Below are positions 1-13,549 of a stretch of 64,000 bases of DNA, one piece after another. Within the stretch, counting starts at the first letter, position 1, and every line of letters starts with the position of its first letter. Source of the stretch: Octopus vulgaris (lineage: Eukaryota); NCBI GenBank assembly GCA_951406725.2, contig OX597824.1:29946001-30010000 (forward strand), given 5' to 3'. Position numbers and translations under genes: made by a program. A model generated the notes under the pieces. It did no database searches. It saw only the letters and a list, made by a program, of their open reading frames with translations, and was not told the DNA's origin.

Positions 1-75
1 CTGAAATGTTTTTTACAAAATTATTTTAGCATTTTCTATCTTGACTTTTTTTTCCATATATATATATATATATAT

Positions 76-860
<785 letters not shown>

Positions 861-989
861 TATATACATATGGTCTCCTATAGGAGAAATGAAACTGTTT
901 GGCACACGTTGGACTCGGAGTACACACGGAAGGATACGATTAAGCAGCGTAACGCTCTCTGGCGCTTCTGCTAATTCACTGCCTTACCA

Positions 990-1038
990 AGTAGTAGTGG
1001 TAGTAGTAGCAGCAGTAGTAGCAGCAGCAGTAGTAGTG

Positions 1039-1078
<40 letters not shown>

Positions 1079-1314
1079 GAGGAGGAGGAGGAGGAGGAGG
1101 AGGAGGAGGAAGACGAGAAGGAAGAGGAAGAGGAGGAGTGGTGGTGGTGGTGGTGGTGGTGGTGGTGGTGGTAGTGGTAGTTATACTGTCGTCATTGCTG
1201 CAGTTGTTTAGTTCCAGACCAGTCCTTATCGAACAGATGAAAGATATTCCAGTTGTGACTATTCCAACATGTATGCTGCTGCTGCTGCTGGCGGTGGCGG
1301 CGGCGGTGGTGGTG

Positions 1315-1359
<45 letters not shown>

Positions 1360-1545
1360 CAATTATTCGTTTTACTATTGGTATGACATGGAGATATGTT
1401 TGCGTTGGTGGTGGTGGTGACGGTCGTCGTTGTAGTAGTAGTAGCAGTAGTGGTGGTGGTAGTAGTGGTTGTGATTGTGATGGTGGTAGTTGTTTAAGTG
1501 ATGGCGGGTGTATCATTGTTGAGGTCGTCGTCGTCGTCGTTGTAG
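990..1545. repeat. Compound (GTA)n/(GGA)n/(GTG)n trinucleotide region
   Basis: Directly visible. Confidence 0.95.
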
Positions 1546-2016
1546 TGAGACTAGGTGAGTGGTAGTCTGTTTAGGTGAGAGGTTTCGCTTGACTGAGAAT
1601 CTAGTATGCCATGCCGGACGTGTCCCGCCTCTGTTTTAATCACACACACACACCAACACATGCTCACTCACAGACCCATATACACAACGCACACGCGCTT
1701 ACATACATGCTTACACAAAAATAGGCTTTCACACACGCATATACGAACACACGCACTTCGTTCCGCTTGACTGATCCGTTCCGTGTTAATTGAGCCATAT
1801 CTCTGAAGTGAGGACTTGATAGGCAGGTCAAATGGCAGGAATTATTCGCCCTATCTGAATTACACGGCTATAGCGGAACCTATAATGAAAATAAGAATAA
1901 GGGGAAGAATAAGGATGTCGTGGTTCGCCAGAGGGGCAGCAGCTGGAAAACAGAATATAAAACGAAAACACACAATGCCAGCGAGTTTCATTAAGAAGAA
2001 GCTGTTTGATTTTGAA

Positions 2017-2590
2017 ATACGCTTCGCAACCCCATGGTTTCCGGTTCAGTCCCACCTGCAGGGCACCTTGGGCTAACGTCTACTACTGAAGCCCCCGCGT
2101 CGACCAGTGCCTTGTGAGTGAATTTTGGTTGACGGAAACCGAAAGAAGCCCGTCGTATATGTGTGTGCGTGTGTTTGTGTGTGTGCATGTATGTCTCGAC
2201 CACGGTCGAACAATGATGATGATGATGTGTGTGTGTGTGTATGAGTGAGTGTATGTGTGTCTGCCTGTGTACGTGAGTGTGAGTGTGTATAATGTGTATG
2301 TTTGCGTGTATACGTATGTGAGTGTGAGTGAGTATGTGTATGTGTGTGTGCGTGTCTGCATCGTTGTATTTATGTTTGTGTTTGACCTCCACCACTAGCA
2401 CTTGACAATCGGTGTTTGTTTGTTTACAACTCGTAACGTAGCTGTTCGGCGAATGAAAACTGATAGAATAAGTACCAGATTTTTTTTTAATCATAAGTAC
2501 TGCGGTCGATTTGTTTGACTAACCCCTTCAAGACAATGCCTCAGCATGGCCGAAGGTCAATGGCTGAAGCCTGAAACATGTAAAAAGTAA
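2017..2590 (+). mobile_element. SINE family A, diverged
   Basis: Matches family A head and tail blocks; expanded internal TG tract. Confidence 0.8.
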
Positions 2591-3104
2591 AAAAAAATAG
2601 AAGATATAAAAAGTACATAAAACCCGTTTGTATATAAATTATTTGTAAAATATTTTTACGACTGGGTTTACGTCCATAAATTTTATAGAGAGTAACAATG
2701 GATTAAACCGAGCCGGGTGCTTGATTTAATGAAGTGACGGGGTAAGAGGTTCACATGGGAAAATATTTGACTTATTCATAACACCGTAAAAAATATTGCT
2801 GTCTTGGGAGGGTCATTACGCCAATAATAACACGCTTTGGTTGAATATCACTTCTTTATTGTTAGTCGTTCGGTAAAATATCTAACCAAATAATTAATTG
2901 ATCGTTTGTTTGATGTTTTGGTTAATCAACTAATTGGTTGTTTGTCTGTCAAAGTCCTTTCTCGCTATTAGTGACCCCATCAATGACATACCATAAATAA
3001 TAATTACAGAATTTGAATGTAGAACGTAAAGAGCTGGAACAAACAGCGCAAAACATTTTGTTCGACGCCCTAACGATTCGACCAATCCAATAGATTTTTT
3101 TTTT

Positions 3105-3575
3105 TTATCTTTAACTTGTTTCAGACATTAGACTGCGGTCATGCAGGAGGTCGTCTCGAAAGGTTTTAAATGAATAAATTGTATCCAGGTACTTATTTTA
3201 TGACCCAATACTAATTCTATCGCCTCTTTTACCGAACTGTCAGGTTACGAGGACGCAAACAAACCAACACCAGTTTATAAACTGACTGATTGATTTACCG
3301 AATGTTTCGTGTGTGTGCGTGTGTGTATTGCTTAACACATACACACACAAAGACACACACATACGCACACACGCATACACATACAGATATATGTGTGTGG
3401 ATGTATATGTATGTATACGACAGGCTTCCACACAGTTTCCGTCTAACAAACTTCTTTACAAAGCGTTGGTAGCCAGCGATATAGCAGAAGACATTTACTC
3501 AAACTGTCGCGTAGTGAGACTGAACTCGAAACCACGTGCTTACAATGCTAGCTTGTTAACTACACACCCATACCT
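3105..3575 (-). mobile_element. SINE family A, diverged
   Basis: Similar to 76-487. Confidence 0.75.
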
Positions 3576-3667
3576 TTGCTTAGACTTGCTTAAAATAGCA
3601 GCTAAATTCTCCTCAAACTACCCATTACAATCTACAAAACCGAAGTATTCGTTGTTGGAATAATATA

Positions 3668-3922
3668 ACCTATTTCTTTATTACCCACAAAGGGCTAAAC
3701 ACAGAGGGGACAAACAAGGACAGACATAGGTATTAAATCGATTACATCGACCCCAGTGCGTAACTGCTACTTAATTTATCGACCCCGAAAGGATGAAAGG
3801 CAAAGTCGACCTCGGCGGAATTTGAACTCACAACGTAACGGCAGACGAAATACCTCTAAGCATTTCGCCCGGCGTGCTAACGTTTCTGCCAGCTCACCGC
3901 CTTCTTCTGCCAGCTCGCCGCC
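3668..3922 (-). mobile_element. tRNA-like SINE, family B
   Basis: Minus strand GGCGGCGAGCTGGCAGAA...GAGTTCAAATTCCGCC, central GCCTTTCATCCTTTCGGGGTCGATAAATTAAGTA block, tail ending AATAAAGAAATA; short duplication of the head. Confidence 0.9.
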
Positions 3923-4084
3923 TTGTTGGAACAATATAACCGTGGACATATTGGTCATGGATGGGACGCGTTGATCATAGGTTTGTTTGATCAAATCTAG
4001 TCGTGGAGATAAGAAATCAACAGCAACATCAACAAAAACTATAAATTGATTCAATGATGGCAAGAGTTGGTGTTTGTTTGTTTG

Positions 4085-4375
4085 TTCCTTCTCTAGCCAT
4101 GCCTGGCTCATAAGGGCCGGTTTCCCGGTTTCCTTGGCGCATAGGTCCCCCACCTGGAGGGGACGCCGGCCCGTCGCAGGTGAGCTGCAAGATGCAGGAG
4201 GAGAGAGTGAGAGAAAGTTGTGGCGAAAGAGTCAGCAGAAGCTCGCCATTACCTTCTGCCGGAGCCGCGTGGAGCTTAGGTATTTCGCTCATAAACACAC
4301 ACATCGCCCGGGCTGAGATTTGAACCTGCGATCCCTCGACCGCGAATCCGCTGCTCTAACCACTAGGTCATGTGC
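4085..4375 (-). mobile_element. tRNA-derived SINE, family C
   Basis: Head ending ...CCTAGTGGTTAGAGCAGCGGATTCGCGGTCG; homologous to 35219-35520. Confidence 0.85.
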
Positions 4376-4553
4376 TGCAGTGCTGTTTCTTCATCTTGTT
4401 TCCTCAACTTTCGCGATTTACCTGTTGTAAACAACGAAAGACCTGGGTTAGAGAGACGTCATGTCACTGATGAGGTCGCGAATGACTAACAAATTTAATT
4501 GACTAATTGATTGACCGAATGTTTTAAACAATCAATTAGCTAATTGATTAAAT

Positions 4554-4948
4554 AGGCGCAGGAGTGGCTGTGTGGTAAGTAGCTTGCTTACCAACCACAT
4601 GGTTCCGAGTTCAGTCCCACTGCGTGGCACCTTGGGCAAGTGTCTTACAATATAACCTCGGGCCGACCAAAGCCTTGTGAGTGGATTTGGTAGACGGAAA
4701 CTGAAATAAGCCCGTTGTATATATGTATAAGCATATATATGTGTGTGTCTGTGTTTGTCCCCCACCCAACATCGCTTGACAACCGATGCTGGTGTGTTTA
4801 CGTCTCCGTAACTTAGCAGCTCAGTAAAAGAGACCGATAGAATAAGTACTAGGCTTACAAAGAATAAGTCCTGTGGTCGATTTGCTCGACTAAAGGCGGT
4901 GCTCCAGCATGGCCGCAGTCAAATGACTGAATCAAGTAAAAGAGAGAG
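4554..4948 (+). mobile_element. SINE family A, full length
   Basis: Near-consensus copy. Confidence 0.9.
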
Positions 4949-4974
4949 TTAAAAATTGACATATAATAATTACT

Positions 4975-5755
4975 ATTTTTACTATAGGCATGATGCCTGA
5001 AACTTTGGTGGGCAGGGCTAGACAATTGCATCGACCCTAGTGCTCAACTGGTACATATTTCATCGACTCCGAAAGAATATAAAACAAAGTCGACGTCAGC
5101 TACATTTGAACTCAATACTGAGATGAACGAAATGCAGCTAAGGCATTTTAACTGGAGTGCTAACGATTCTGCTAGCTTGCCGCTCAAATCTTTTCTTTTC
5201 TACTCTAGGCACAAGGCCCGAAAGTTTTAGGGAGGGGGGGGCAGTCGATTACATCGACACCAGTACGCAACTGGTACTTAATTTATCGACCCCGAAAGGA
5301 TGAAAGGCAAAGTCGACCTCAATGGAATTTGAACTCAGAACGTAAAGACAGACGAAATACCTATTTCTTTATTGCCCACAAGGGGCTAAACACAGAGTGG
5401 ACAAACAAGGACAGACATAGGTATTAAGTCGATTACATCGACCCCAGTGCATAACTGGTACTTAATTTATCGACCCCGAAAGGATGAAAGGCAAAGTCGA
5501 CATCGGCGGAATTTGAACTCACAACGTAACGCAGACGAAATACCGCTAAGCATTTCGTCCGGCGTGCTAACGTTTCGGCCAGCTCGCCGCCCTGCTCAAA
5601 TCTTTTCTACAATAGAAACAAGGCCTGAAATTTGGCGACGTGGAGAGGAATAACTGATTCCCTTAATCCCAGTGCAAGGATGAGAAGCAAAATTTGAACT
5701 CAGAACGTAATGAGCCAAAGGAAATACCACTAGGCATTTACTCCGACGTGCTAAC
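4975..5755 (-). mobile_element. Cluster of family B SINE copies
   Basis: About four same-orientation partial or full copies. Confidence 0.85.
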
Positions 5756-6350
5756 AAGTCTAAAAGTAGTAAAACTAAGCTTGTGCGCATGTTGGCATAA
5801 TGACCCTCCCGAAATACAGCAAAACATGCAAAAGGAACATACGGGTAGTGATGACAAAGTGACGTCAGTGTTTAACACTCGTCAAGAACTCCCACGTTTT
5901 ACTGTTTATGCGGTAGTCTCCTCTCTAACGGAATTACTCAGGTGTGTCCGTCCACTTAACGAACAACATGTTGAAGCAACGAAAATATCGTCAAAGGAGA
6001 CCAAATTTTGTCACAGGTGTCTTCCTTGGTGGATAGAGAAATCAGGTGAAAGTTAATCACAACAGGTGTTCACGTTGTTTGCAGTGAAATTCAAATCCGA
6101 TGGATAATCCCTCTTCAATGTAGGTCGCCGGTTTGTGAAAACACAAGACGACGAGCCAACTAGTTATAAATCGTGTACTCCCATTGCAGTCGTTTATTTC
6201 TCTACAGAGCGAGTCCCATAAATCACCACGCTTGTAAGGTGACCTCTTGACGACTTGAGATCTTCATGTTTCTCCAACGAGTAAGATGAGTGAAATCCTT
6301 CTTCGCCAAATTAACCTACAGCATTATATATTATATATGGTGATATAAAT

Positions 6351-6572
6351 CAGTAGTTCCCAACTACTTTTGGCTTATGGGACCCATATGATTCCAATTT
6401 AGCTGGGTAAACCCTCATACCCATTCGTTGTTTTAAAAAATTCTTTTATATTTGTATAATTAAACATAAGAAATTATATAAAAATATTTTGTATACTGTG
6501 GAAGTATAAGCAATATATTGCATGTAAATTTTAGCAACAAAATCCTATATAGACCCCGGTAGGGAACCACTG
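6351..6572. mobile_element. hAT-like MITE
   Basis: TIRs CAGTAGTTCCCAAC / GTAGGGAACCACTG; AT-rich interior; TSD not clean. Confidence 0.7.
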
Positions 6573-7189
6573 TTGTATATTTTATCGATTCCGAAAGGAT
6601 AAAAGGTAACGTCGACCTCGGCGAAATTTGAAATCAGAAAGTAAAGCCCGGTACGAATGCCGCTAAGCGTTTTCCTCGGTGTGCTAACGATTCTGCCAGT
6701 TTGCCTTATACACGAATATATTATATTAATTTAGTTGACTTACTGCATTACTTACTTGTCCGCCGTTATCTCATGCTTCTTCACTATTACATATTTATAC
6801 TACATGCTTCTTTAATATTGTTATCAGGTACTTCTCATTCTCACTCCTTCCTACTTTCTACACGTACCTGAAACTGAAGATGTCCTTACCTTTGGAACGC
6901 GGAGTAGACGAAAGAGGGACAACTGAAGAAGGGGAATATTCCTTGTGTTGTATGTCTTGTACTGTTTTTCGTTGTTTGAAAAAAATTTCATTTCCATGTT
7001 TTTGTTTTTATATTTCCGTTTCTCATTGTGTTTAACGTTTTTGTTTTTTTTGATGTCCTGTACCCATATATGCATGTATATATACATATAGATGTAGGTA
7101 TGTACATATATGTATGTATATATGCATATATTTATATATTATTTATATTATTATATGATCGAACGCCAGACATCCTTTTCCAAATAAGT

Positions 7190-7263
<74 letters not shown>

Positions 7264-7264
<1 letters not shown>

Positions 7265-7480
7265 CGGGAAGCTTTATGAAAATAAACAAAAGACGAAGGC
7301 AGGTGGAATACAAACAAACAATTGTATTAGTATGGCGCTCAGGAATATAAATAAAACAAGTCTTTTACGTTTCGAGCCTACGCTCTTCAACAGAAAGATA
7401 CACAGAAAAGAAACACGGAGAGAAACAAGGAGAGAAAAAAAATGCGTGCAGAAGCTAGCGAATCAACATGGCGATCTGAT
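7264..7480 (-). mobile_element. ~200-nt hammerhead-bearing element between (TA)n tracts
   Basis: Reverse complement aligns by eye with 16059-16246 and 50566-50717. Confidence 0.7.
7361..7398 (-). ncRNA. Minimal type I hammerhead motif, variant core
   Basis: TCTTT-CTGTTGAA-GAGC-GTAG-GCTC-GAAA-CG-TA-AAAGA; A6 replaced by U. Confidence 0.55.
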
Positions 7481-8129
7481 TATATATATATATATATACG
7501 TCTATCTCTATTTCTAAGTTAAGAGTAAAAGTAAAGCAAATCTGCAAAAGGCAAGAGATCTTTATACACAGATGCACAGAATAACAGCAAACAAATAACG
7601 ACACCAGAGTGCGCAACAAACATCAGCGATCTAACAGTCGCCTGTACTCTTGATTAGAGACACCATTTAGTCTTACACCTGCCAGGTTCGTTCATATTAG
7701 CCTGAGTTGCTGGATAATTTTTCGTTCCCTTAAGAAAATTTTTTAAATATTCTTATGAATATATGAAACTTTTCAAACATTGGAATTTCAATAGAAATCT
7801 CTATAGAAATTTATTGTTTCAAGAAAACATTAAATTTAAATTACTTTTAATTTTTGCGACTACAAATAACAACAACTCGGGCTGTAAGTTCTGAGCCTGA
7901 GTCAGGCGCGTATGATCGATGTCGTGAGAACGTCTACTACGAACGATATTTTTTTACATAAGACGACTGCCACACGCTGAACGAAAATAAATGGAGCCCG
8001 AGTTATTAGCTACAATTACATACTTGAAGCCAGTGTTGGCAGAAATTAAATCAGCTTGCAAATACATGTTCACTTCACTAAATTTATACTCGGGCTAAGC
8101 CCGAACAGCCCGAGTGCCAGACTCGCCAA

Positions 8130-8364
8130 GGTTACCGTGGTCTTTTCCGTAGGCTTTTCTTTCCACGGCTAAACCTTATCTGTTTACCCTTTACATCATG
8201 ACATTTCTATGATACACGATAACCTATTGATCGTTTTTTTTACGATCCCTTTTGATCGAAAACCTACCCCCCCCCCCTTTTTTCTCCCCCAAAAGAAAAG
8301 CTCTACTTTGTAATTTGTCCCCTCTGTTTTCAGCCCTGTGTGGCTAAGTGGCTAATAAAGAAAC

Positions 8365-8365
<1 letters not shown>
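8130..8365 (+). mobile_element. Probable LINE 3' end sharing its tail with SINE family B
   Basis: Ends TTTGTCCCCTCTGTTTTCAGCCCTGTGTGGCT..AATAAAGAAA, like the family B tail; upstream sequence is not SINE. Confidence 0.5.
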
Positions 8366-8395
<30 letters not shown>

Positions 8396-8699
8396 AATTT
8401 TGTTTCAGGTAGTCTGGTAGATGGGCTAGGTATTTTTTTTGTTTTGTTTTTTTTCACAGCTTTGCTGAGCAAGACTGAATTCTTACCTCCATTTGTAAAG
8501 AGGTCGTGTGCCTTCAGCCACCAGGTCTGATGATTCATCTATATTGCTAAGAGCAACAATAGACGCGAACCCATTGGTAATTTTCTGACTGACCATAACC
8601 AACGACTACATAGGCAGTCAGCTATGAAACAAAGCTTGATTACTTCGAGCTCAAGTGAGAACATATATGGCTTTTGAGTTCGGAGACTCTCTTAAGAAC

Positions 8700-8850
8700 T
8701 TTCCACAAATATTGCTAACGTATCTCAGTTCTGAATCTGTTATATTGTTGAGCTTTTGCGCATGTTTTGATGTCTCTAAACCTCCTGAAGATTTACCATG
8801 ACACCGAGGAGCGTTTTCTTGCATAAAATGACGATATTGGAGGTTAATGT
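8700..8850 (-). pseudogene. Possible decayed Tc1/mariner transposase fragment
   Basis: Minus strand reads LQYRHFMQENAPRCHGK, resembling the FMQDNAPCH motif; nothing else recognisable. Confidence 0.25.
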
Positions 8851-9164
8851 TGTTCTCATATGATCGTAAAGGATAAAGCTATATGACCAGTAACAATGTT
8901 CGTTCTTTTGTGTATATATCTCAGTCTCTCAGTATATGTGCGTATGTTTCACATAAGATTTTATAAAGAAAAGGACAGGAGTTTATACACGATATGCATA
9001 TTCTTATATTCATATGGAAGTGTCCATGTGTATGTGTGTGTGTGAGTGTATATGCATGTCTGTATACGTCTATATTTATATGCAAATACACCTACTTACG
9101 TCACGTACGTATGTGTATTTGTACTTGTGTGTATGTGTACTTGTTTTTTGTCTTCATTTCACGT

Positions 9165-9385
9165 TACTCCAGTTTCCTCAGAAATGAGTTGACACGTCAC
9201 TGGTGCCAAGCTGTTTTGGCGTTTGCCTTTCTCTTGGATAACATCGGTAGCGTGGAGAAGGTAGGCTGGTATGCATGGGCGACTGCTGGTCTTCTATAAA
9301 CAACCTTGCCCGGACTTGTGCCTCGGAAGGGAACTTTCTAGGTGCAATCTCATGGTCATTCATGACCGAAGGGGGTCTTTATCCT
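9165..9385 (+). mobile_element. SINE family C, 5'-truncated
   Basis: Matches the 3' part of 38470-38820. Confidence 0.8.
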
Positions 9386-10265
9386 TTATGCAAAAACACA
9401 ATTTAACATTAAACTGAAGAATTACTCAATACTTTTTAGTAGAGAACCTGTGTATTAAGTTTTTATATGAAGAGATGTGGCAATGACTTCGAAGTTTCAG
9501 TCTTCTGCTTATAGGTTTCTAGGACAGAAACAGCTGTACAATTGTGAGAAAGGCACGTATGTCTTACACTAAATACGAAAAAGAAGATACAAAAAAGGTC
9601 AAGAATTGTTTGTATGTAACCCAGACTGGAAACTATACCAGAGACGCGGCTTACCTGGGACTTACTTCTATTCTTCTGGGCTGAGCATCCGAGAAATAAA
9701 AATTAAATCCGAGGAACAAAAATTAAATTCGAGAATTAAAATTAAATCTTTCCTTCAACTTTAATAAACATTTATGAATTCTGCTGAAATTTATAAGATT
9801 ATTCATTCAATAAGTGTATACTTTATGGCATTCAATGGATGCATACATATATACTTACAGTAACAATTCCTGACTAATCTTTTGAATTTACTTGCGCAGT
9901 CTCTAGATTTTATTTACCATCTGTGTTCTTGTGTACAGCTGTATTTCTGTAGAAACTATACCATATTTTCTCAAGGAATAGCGATTGATGTGTATTAGGC
10001 CGATGGAGTTACAAATCTATAGTTAGAGGTCAGCCAACAGCTGCTCTGATATATTTTCTTTTTTTTCACTTTTTTAAACTTGTGATGGTCATTGAACCGC
10101 GACCATGCTGGGGCATTGCATTAAAGAGTTTAGACCCAAGAAGTTAATTTTTGGAAGTCTTGCACTTTTCCTACGTTATTTTACGTCGAACTGCTAAGCT
10201 CGGAGGACATAAGCAAACCAACAAGGATTGTTAAGCAGCGGTGGGGTAAACACACACACACACAC

Positions 10266-10401
<136 letters not shown>

Positions 10402-10411
10402 GTGTGTGTGT

Positions 10412-10669
10412 GGAGGCGCAATGGCCCAGTGGTTAGGGCAGCGGACTCGCGGTCGGAGGATCGCGGTTTCGATTCCCAGACTGGGCGTTGTGTGTGTTTA
10501 TTGAGCGAAAAACACCTAAAATAGCTCCACGAGGCTCCCACTTTTCTTCTGTTGGCCTGCTCGCTTAGCCAGCGGGGTGGCGTCGTTCGAAGGCTAAAAC
10601 AATGCAAACGCATTGTGACCAGCGATGTGTAGCAACACCTGATGGTCTGGTCGGTCACGTGATCACGTG
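10412..10669 (+). mobile_element. SINE family C with alternative tail
   Basis: GGAGGCGCAATGGCCCAGTGGTTAGGGCAGCGGAC head; tail ends CACGTGATCACGTGA. Confidence 0.85.
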
Positions 10670-10821
10670 ATATATATATATTCGACGGGCTTCTGTATTG
10701 TTTCCGTCTATCAAATTCATTCACAAGGCATTGCTAGGCTCGGGGTTATAGTTGAAGGCAATTGGCCGAGGTGCTGCAAGGTGAGACTGAACCCAGACTA
10801 CCGTCATTTCTTATCTCTCTC

Positions 10822-10853
<32 letters not shown>

Positions 10854-11395
10854 AATATATGTATGTGTATATGCATGTATGTGATTGTATGTGTGTGTGT
10901 GTGTGTAACAACATGTGTGCGTCTTTGTGTCTGCGTTTGTCCCCCATCCCCCTTCACAACTGGTGTTGGTGTGTTTACATCCTCGTAAATTAACGGTTCG
11001 GCAAACGGGACCGATAGAATAAGTACCAGGCTTTAAAAGAAGTCAATTACTGGGACTGATTCGTTCGACTAAAATTCTTGAAAGTGGTGCCCCAGCATGG
11101 CCGCAGTCTAATGAAGATCCGTAATAAACGAAAATCCGTAATAAACGAAGATAGCTGTACTATATATTGTGATAGAATAAACTTTCCGAAATTTACAATA
11201 ATATGAACGTGTAAATAAATTCTATACTAGTATAAGACAGGGTCGTAAGAAGATTCCATTGTTTATACACACCATGTTGCAGAAATTGTTGAACTACAGA
11301 AACAGTCGAAAGATTTTGTTAGACAGAGGCCATTGGAGAATGAAGTGTGAGAGAATACGAACCACTGGCCTTCCTTTTTGTTGTGTGATGTCTAA

Positions 11396-11988
11396 CCTAT
11401 TTCTTTACTACCCACAAGGGGCTAAACACAGAGGGAACAAACAAGGACAGACAAAGGGATTAAGTCGATTACCAGTGCATAACTGGTACTTATTTAATCG
11501 ACCCCGAAAGTTTCAAAGGCAAAGTCGACCTCGGCGGAATTTGAACTCAGAACGTAGCGGCAGACGAAATACCTATTTCTTTACTGCCCACAAGGGGCTA
11601 AGCACAGAGAGGACAAGCAAGGACGGACAACGGATTAAGTCGATTATATCGACCCCAGTGCGTAACTGGTACTTAATTTATCGACCCCGAAAGGATTAAA
11701 GGCAAAGTCGACCTCGGCGGAATTTGAACTCAGAACGTTTCGGCAGACAAAAATACCTATTTCTTTACTGCCCACAAGGGGCTAAACACAGAGAGGACAA
11801 ACAAGGACGGACAATGGATTAAGTCGATTATATCGACTCCAGTGCGTAACTGGTACTTAATTTATCCACCCCGAAAGGATGAAAGGCAAAGTCGACCTCG
11901 GCGGAATTTGAACTCAGAACGTAACGGCAGACGAAATACGGCTACGCATTTCGCCCGGCGTGCTAACGTTTCTGCCAGCTCGCCGCCT
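11396..11988 (-). mobile_element. Family B SINE with three tandem bodies
   Basis: One full head (ending 11988) followed by two head-truncated ~180-bp repeats. Confidence 0.9.
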
Positions 11989-12376
11989 TTAAATGTGATG
12001 TCTAACCTACCAACTCAGTTATGTACGTTAACCCATTCTCAAAAGGACAATAGACATTGTAAAGTATTCAACAAAGGATCCTGGAGATGAAGAAATAGAG
12101 TGGGTCATCGGTTGTAAATGGAGATGATATTGGGGTTAAAGTAGAAACGAAAGAGAGAGAGAGAGGGGGGAGAGGAGGGGGAGGATGCTTTGGCTGGCGG
12201 CTACAAATGGCGGAGAATTAGTTGTGAAGTAGTTTGTTGTTAGCGGAGAATTCTCAACATTATTACGATACTAAACTAGTGGACGAAAACGATAAACGTT
12301 GCTTTGTTAGTTCTGAAGACTTTATCCTCTAGAACACGATACCTCGTCGCTTCTATGCTTCATTGTCAGCTCCCTC

Positions 12377-12434
<58 letters not shown>

Positions 12435-12728
12435 CTCTCTCTCTTCCTTTCTTTCTCAAAGAAAAAATTCGTTCTTCACAGATTTCTTTTTTATTTTATT
12501 TTTTGTAATTGTTTGCTTATCTGTTTCTCTTCTTCTTTCTCGTTCCTTCCCTCAATATATATATATATATATATATATATACACGCACAAACATACACAT
12601 ATATATATTGTATACATACATATATATACCCACACACGCACATACACACACATATTACACATATACATATATAAAGATATATCTCTATTCATTTTTCAGC
12701 CTGTCTCTCTCTTCTTCTTCATTCTCCT

Positions 12729-12827
<99 letters not shown>

Positions 12828-13039
12828 TATACACGTATTTATAAACACAAGATATATCACTTTCCCTTTGTCTCTCCTACTCTCTCTCTCTCTCTCTCCC
12901 TATCTCTGTCTTTCTGTCTCTTTCTCTCTCTTCCCCCCCCTCTTGACGACGGCAATGATGATTATGATGACAATGATGATGGTATCAAAGCACAACACAA
13001 AAGAGAAGACAAAAGAGATTCGGGGTTATGCTACGATAC

Positions 13040-13114
13040 CTTTTATGAGTTTCTCCCAAACTCCAGAAATCTTCAATAGTTAACCAAGCGTGACGACCAA
13101 ACAAAGTTTCGTAC
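13040..13114 (-). CDS. Candidate 75-nt symmetric coding exon of an unidentified gene (YETLFGRHAWLTIEDFWSLGETHK)
   Basis: Pyrimidine tract, perfect TACTAAC branch point (13124-13130), TTTTCTCAG acceptor, 24 open codons, weak AG|GTATCG donor; unique sequence. Confidence 0.5.
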
Positions 13115-13549
13115 CTGAGAAAAGTTAGTAAAAAGAAAATGAAAAAAAAAAAAACACCTGTCAGAGATTTTAGTTACCTATATATTTTTAGTGTTTTTTC
13201 TCTTTTATTTTTCCTTCTCTTTCTCTCTCCCCCTGCCTCCCCACCTCTCTCTCTCTCTCTCTCTTTCTTGAGATTTTTACTTGAGATGATACGAAAGCTA
13301 AAAGTTAGTATTTCAAACTCTTGAACATTATTCTCGCCAATAAAATAAATAAATAAGGGGCTATGCAAATTCCTAAGATTATCCAGGTGAAAGAGAATAT
13401 TTCATTCTGTTCACCGCCATACCATCCTCTAATCCGCTACTCTCAACTTTACACTATCCACTTTACCTATATTCTAATTTTTAATTATCAGCTTAATCAT
13501 ACAAAGCTACGGATCTCTGTGTGTGTATGTGTGTGTGTGTGTGTGTGTC

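Noticed and set aside
889-1565. Poly-Val/Gly/Ser ORFs (also 44553-45149 and 60136-60812)
   Set aside because: Trinucleotide microsatellite artefacts
1601-1628. CTAG plus hairpin as a Helitron 3' end
   Set aside because: Flanking base does not fit the A|T target and no 5' end was found
4464-4503. CTGATGA with GGTC/GACT stem as a hammerhead
   Set aside because: GAAA box is missing; at most a relic
6851-7190. TA-flanked segment with two CTGAAGA boxes
   Set aside because: Could not assemble stems I-III; probably an unclassified repeat
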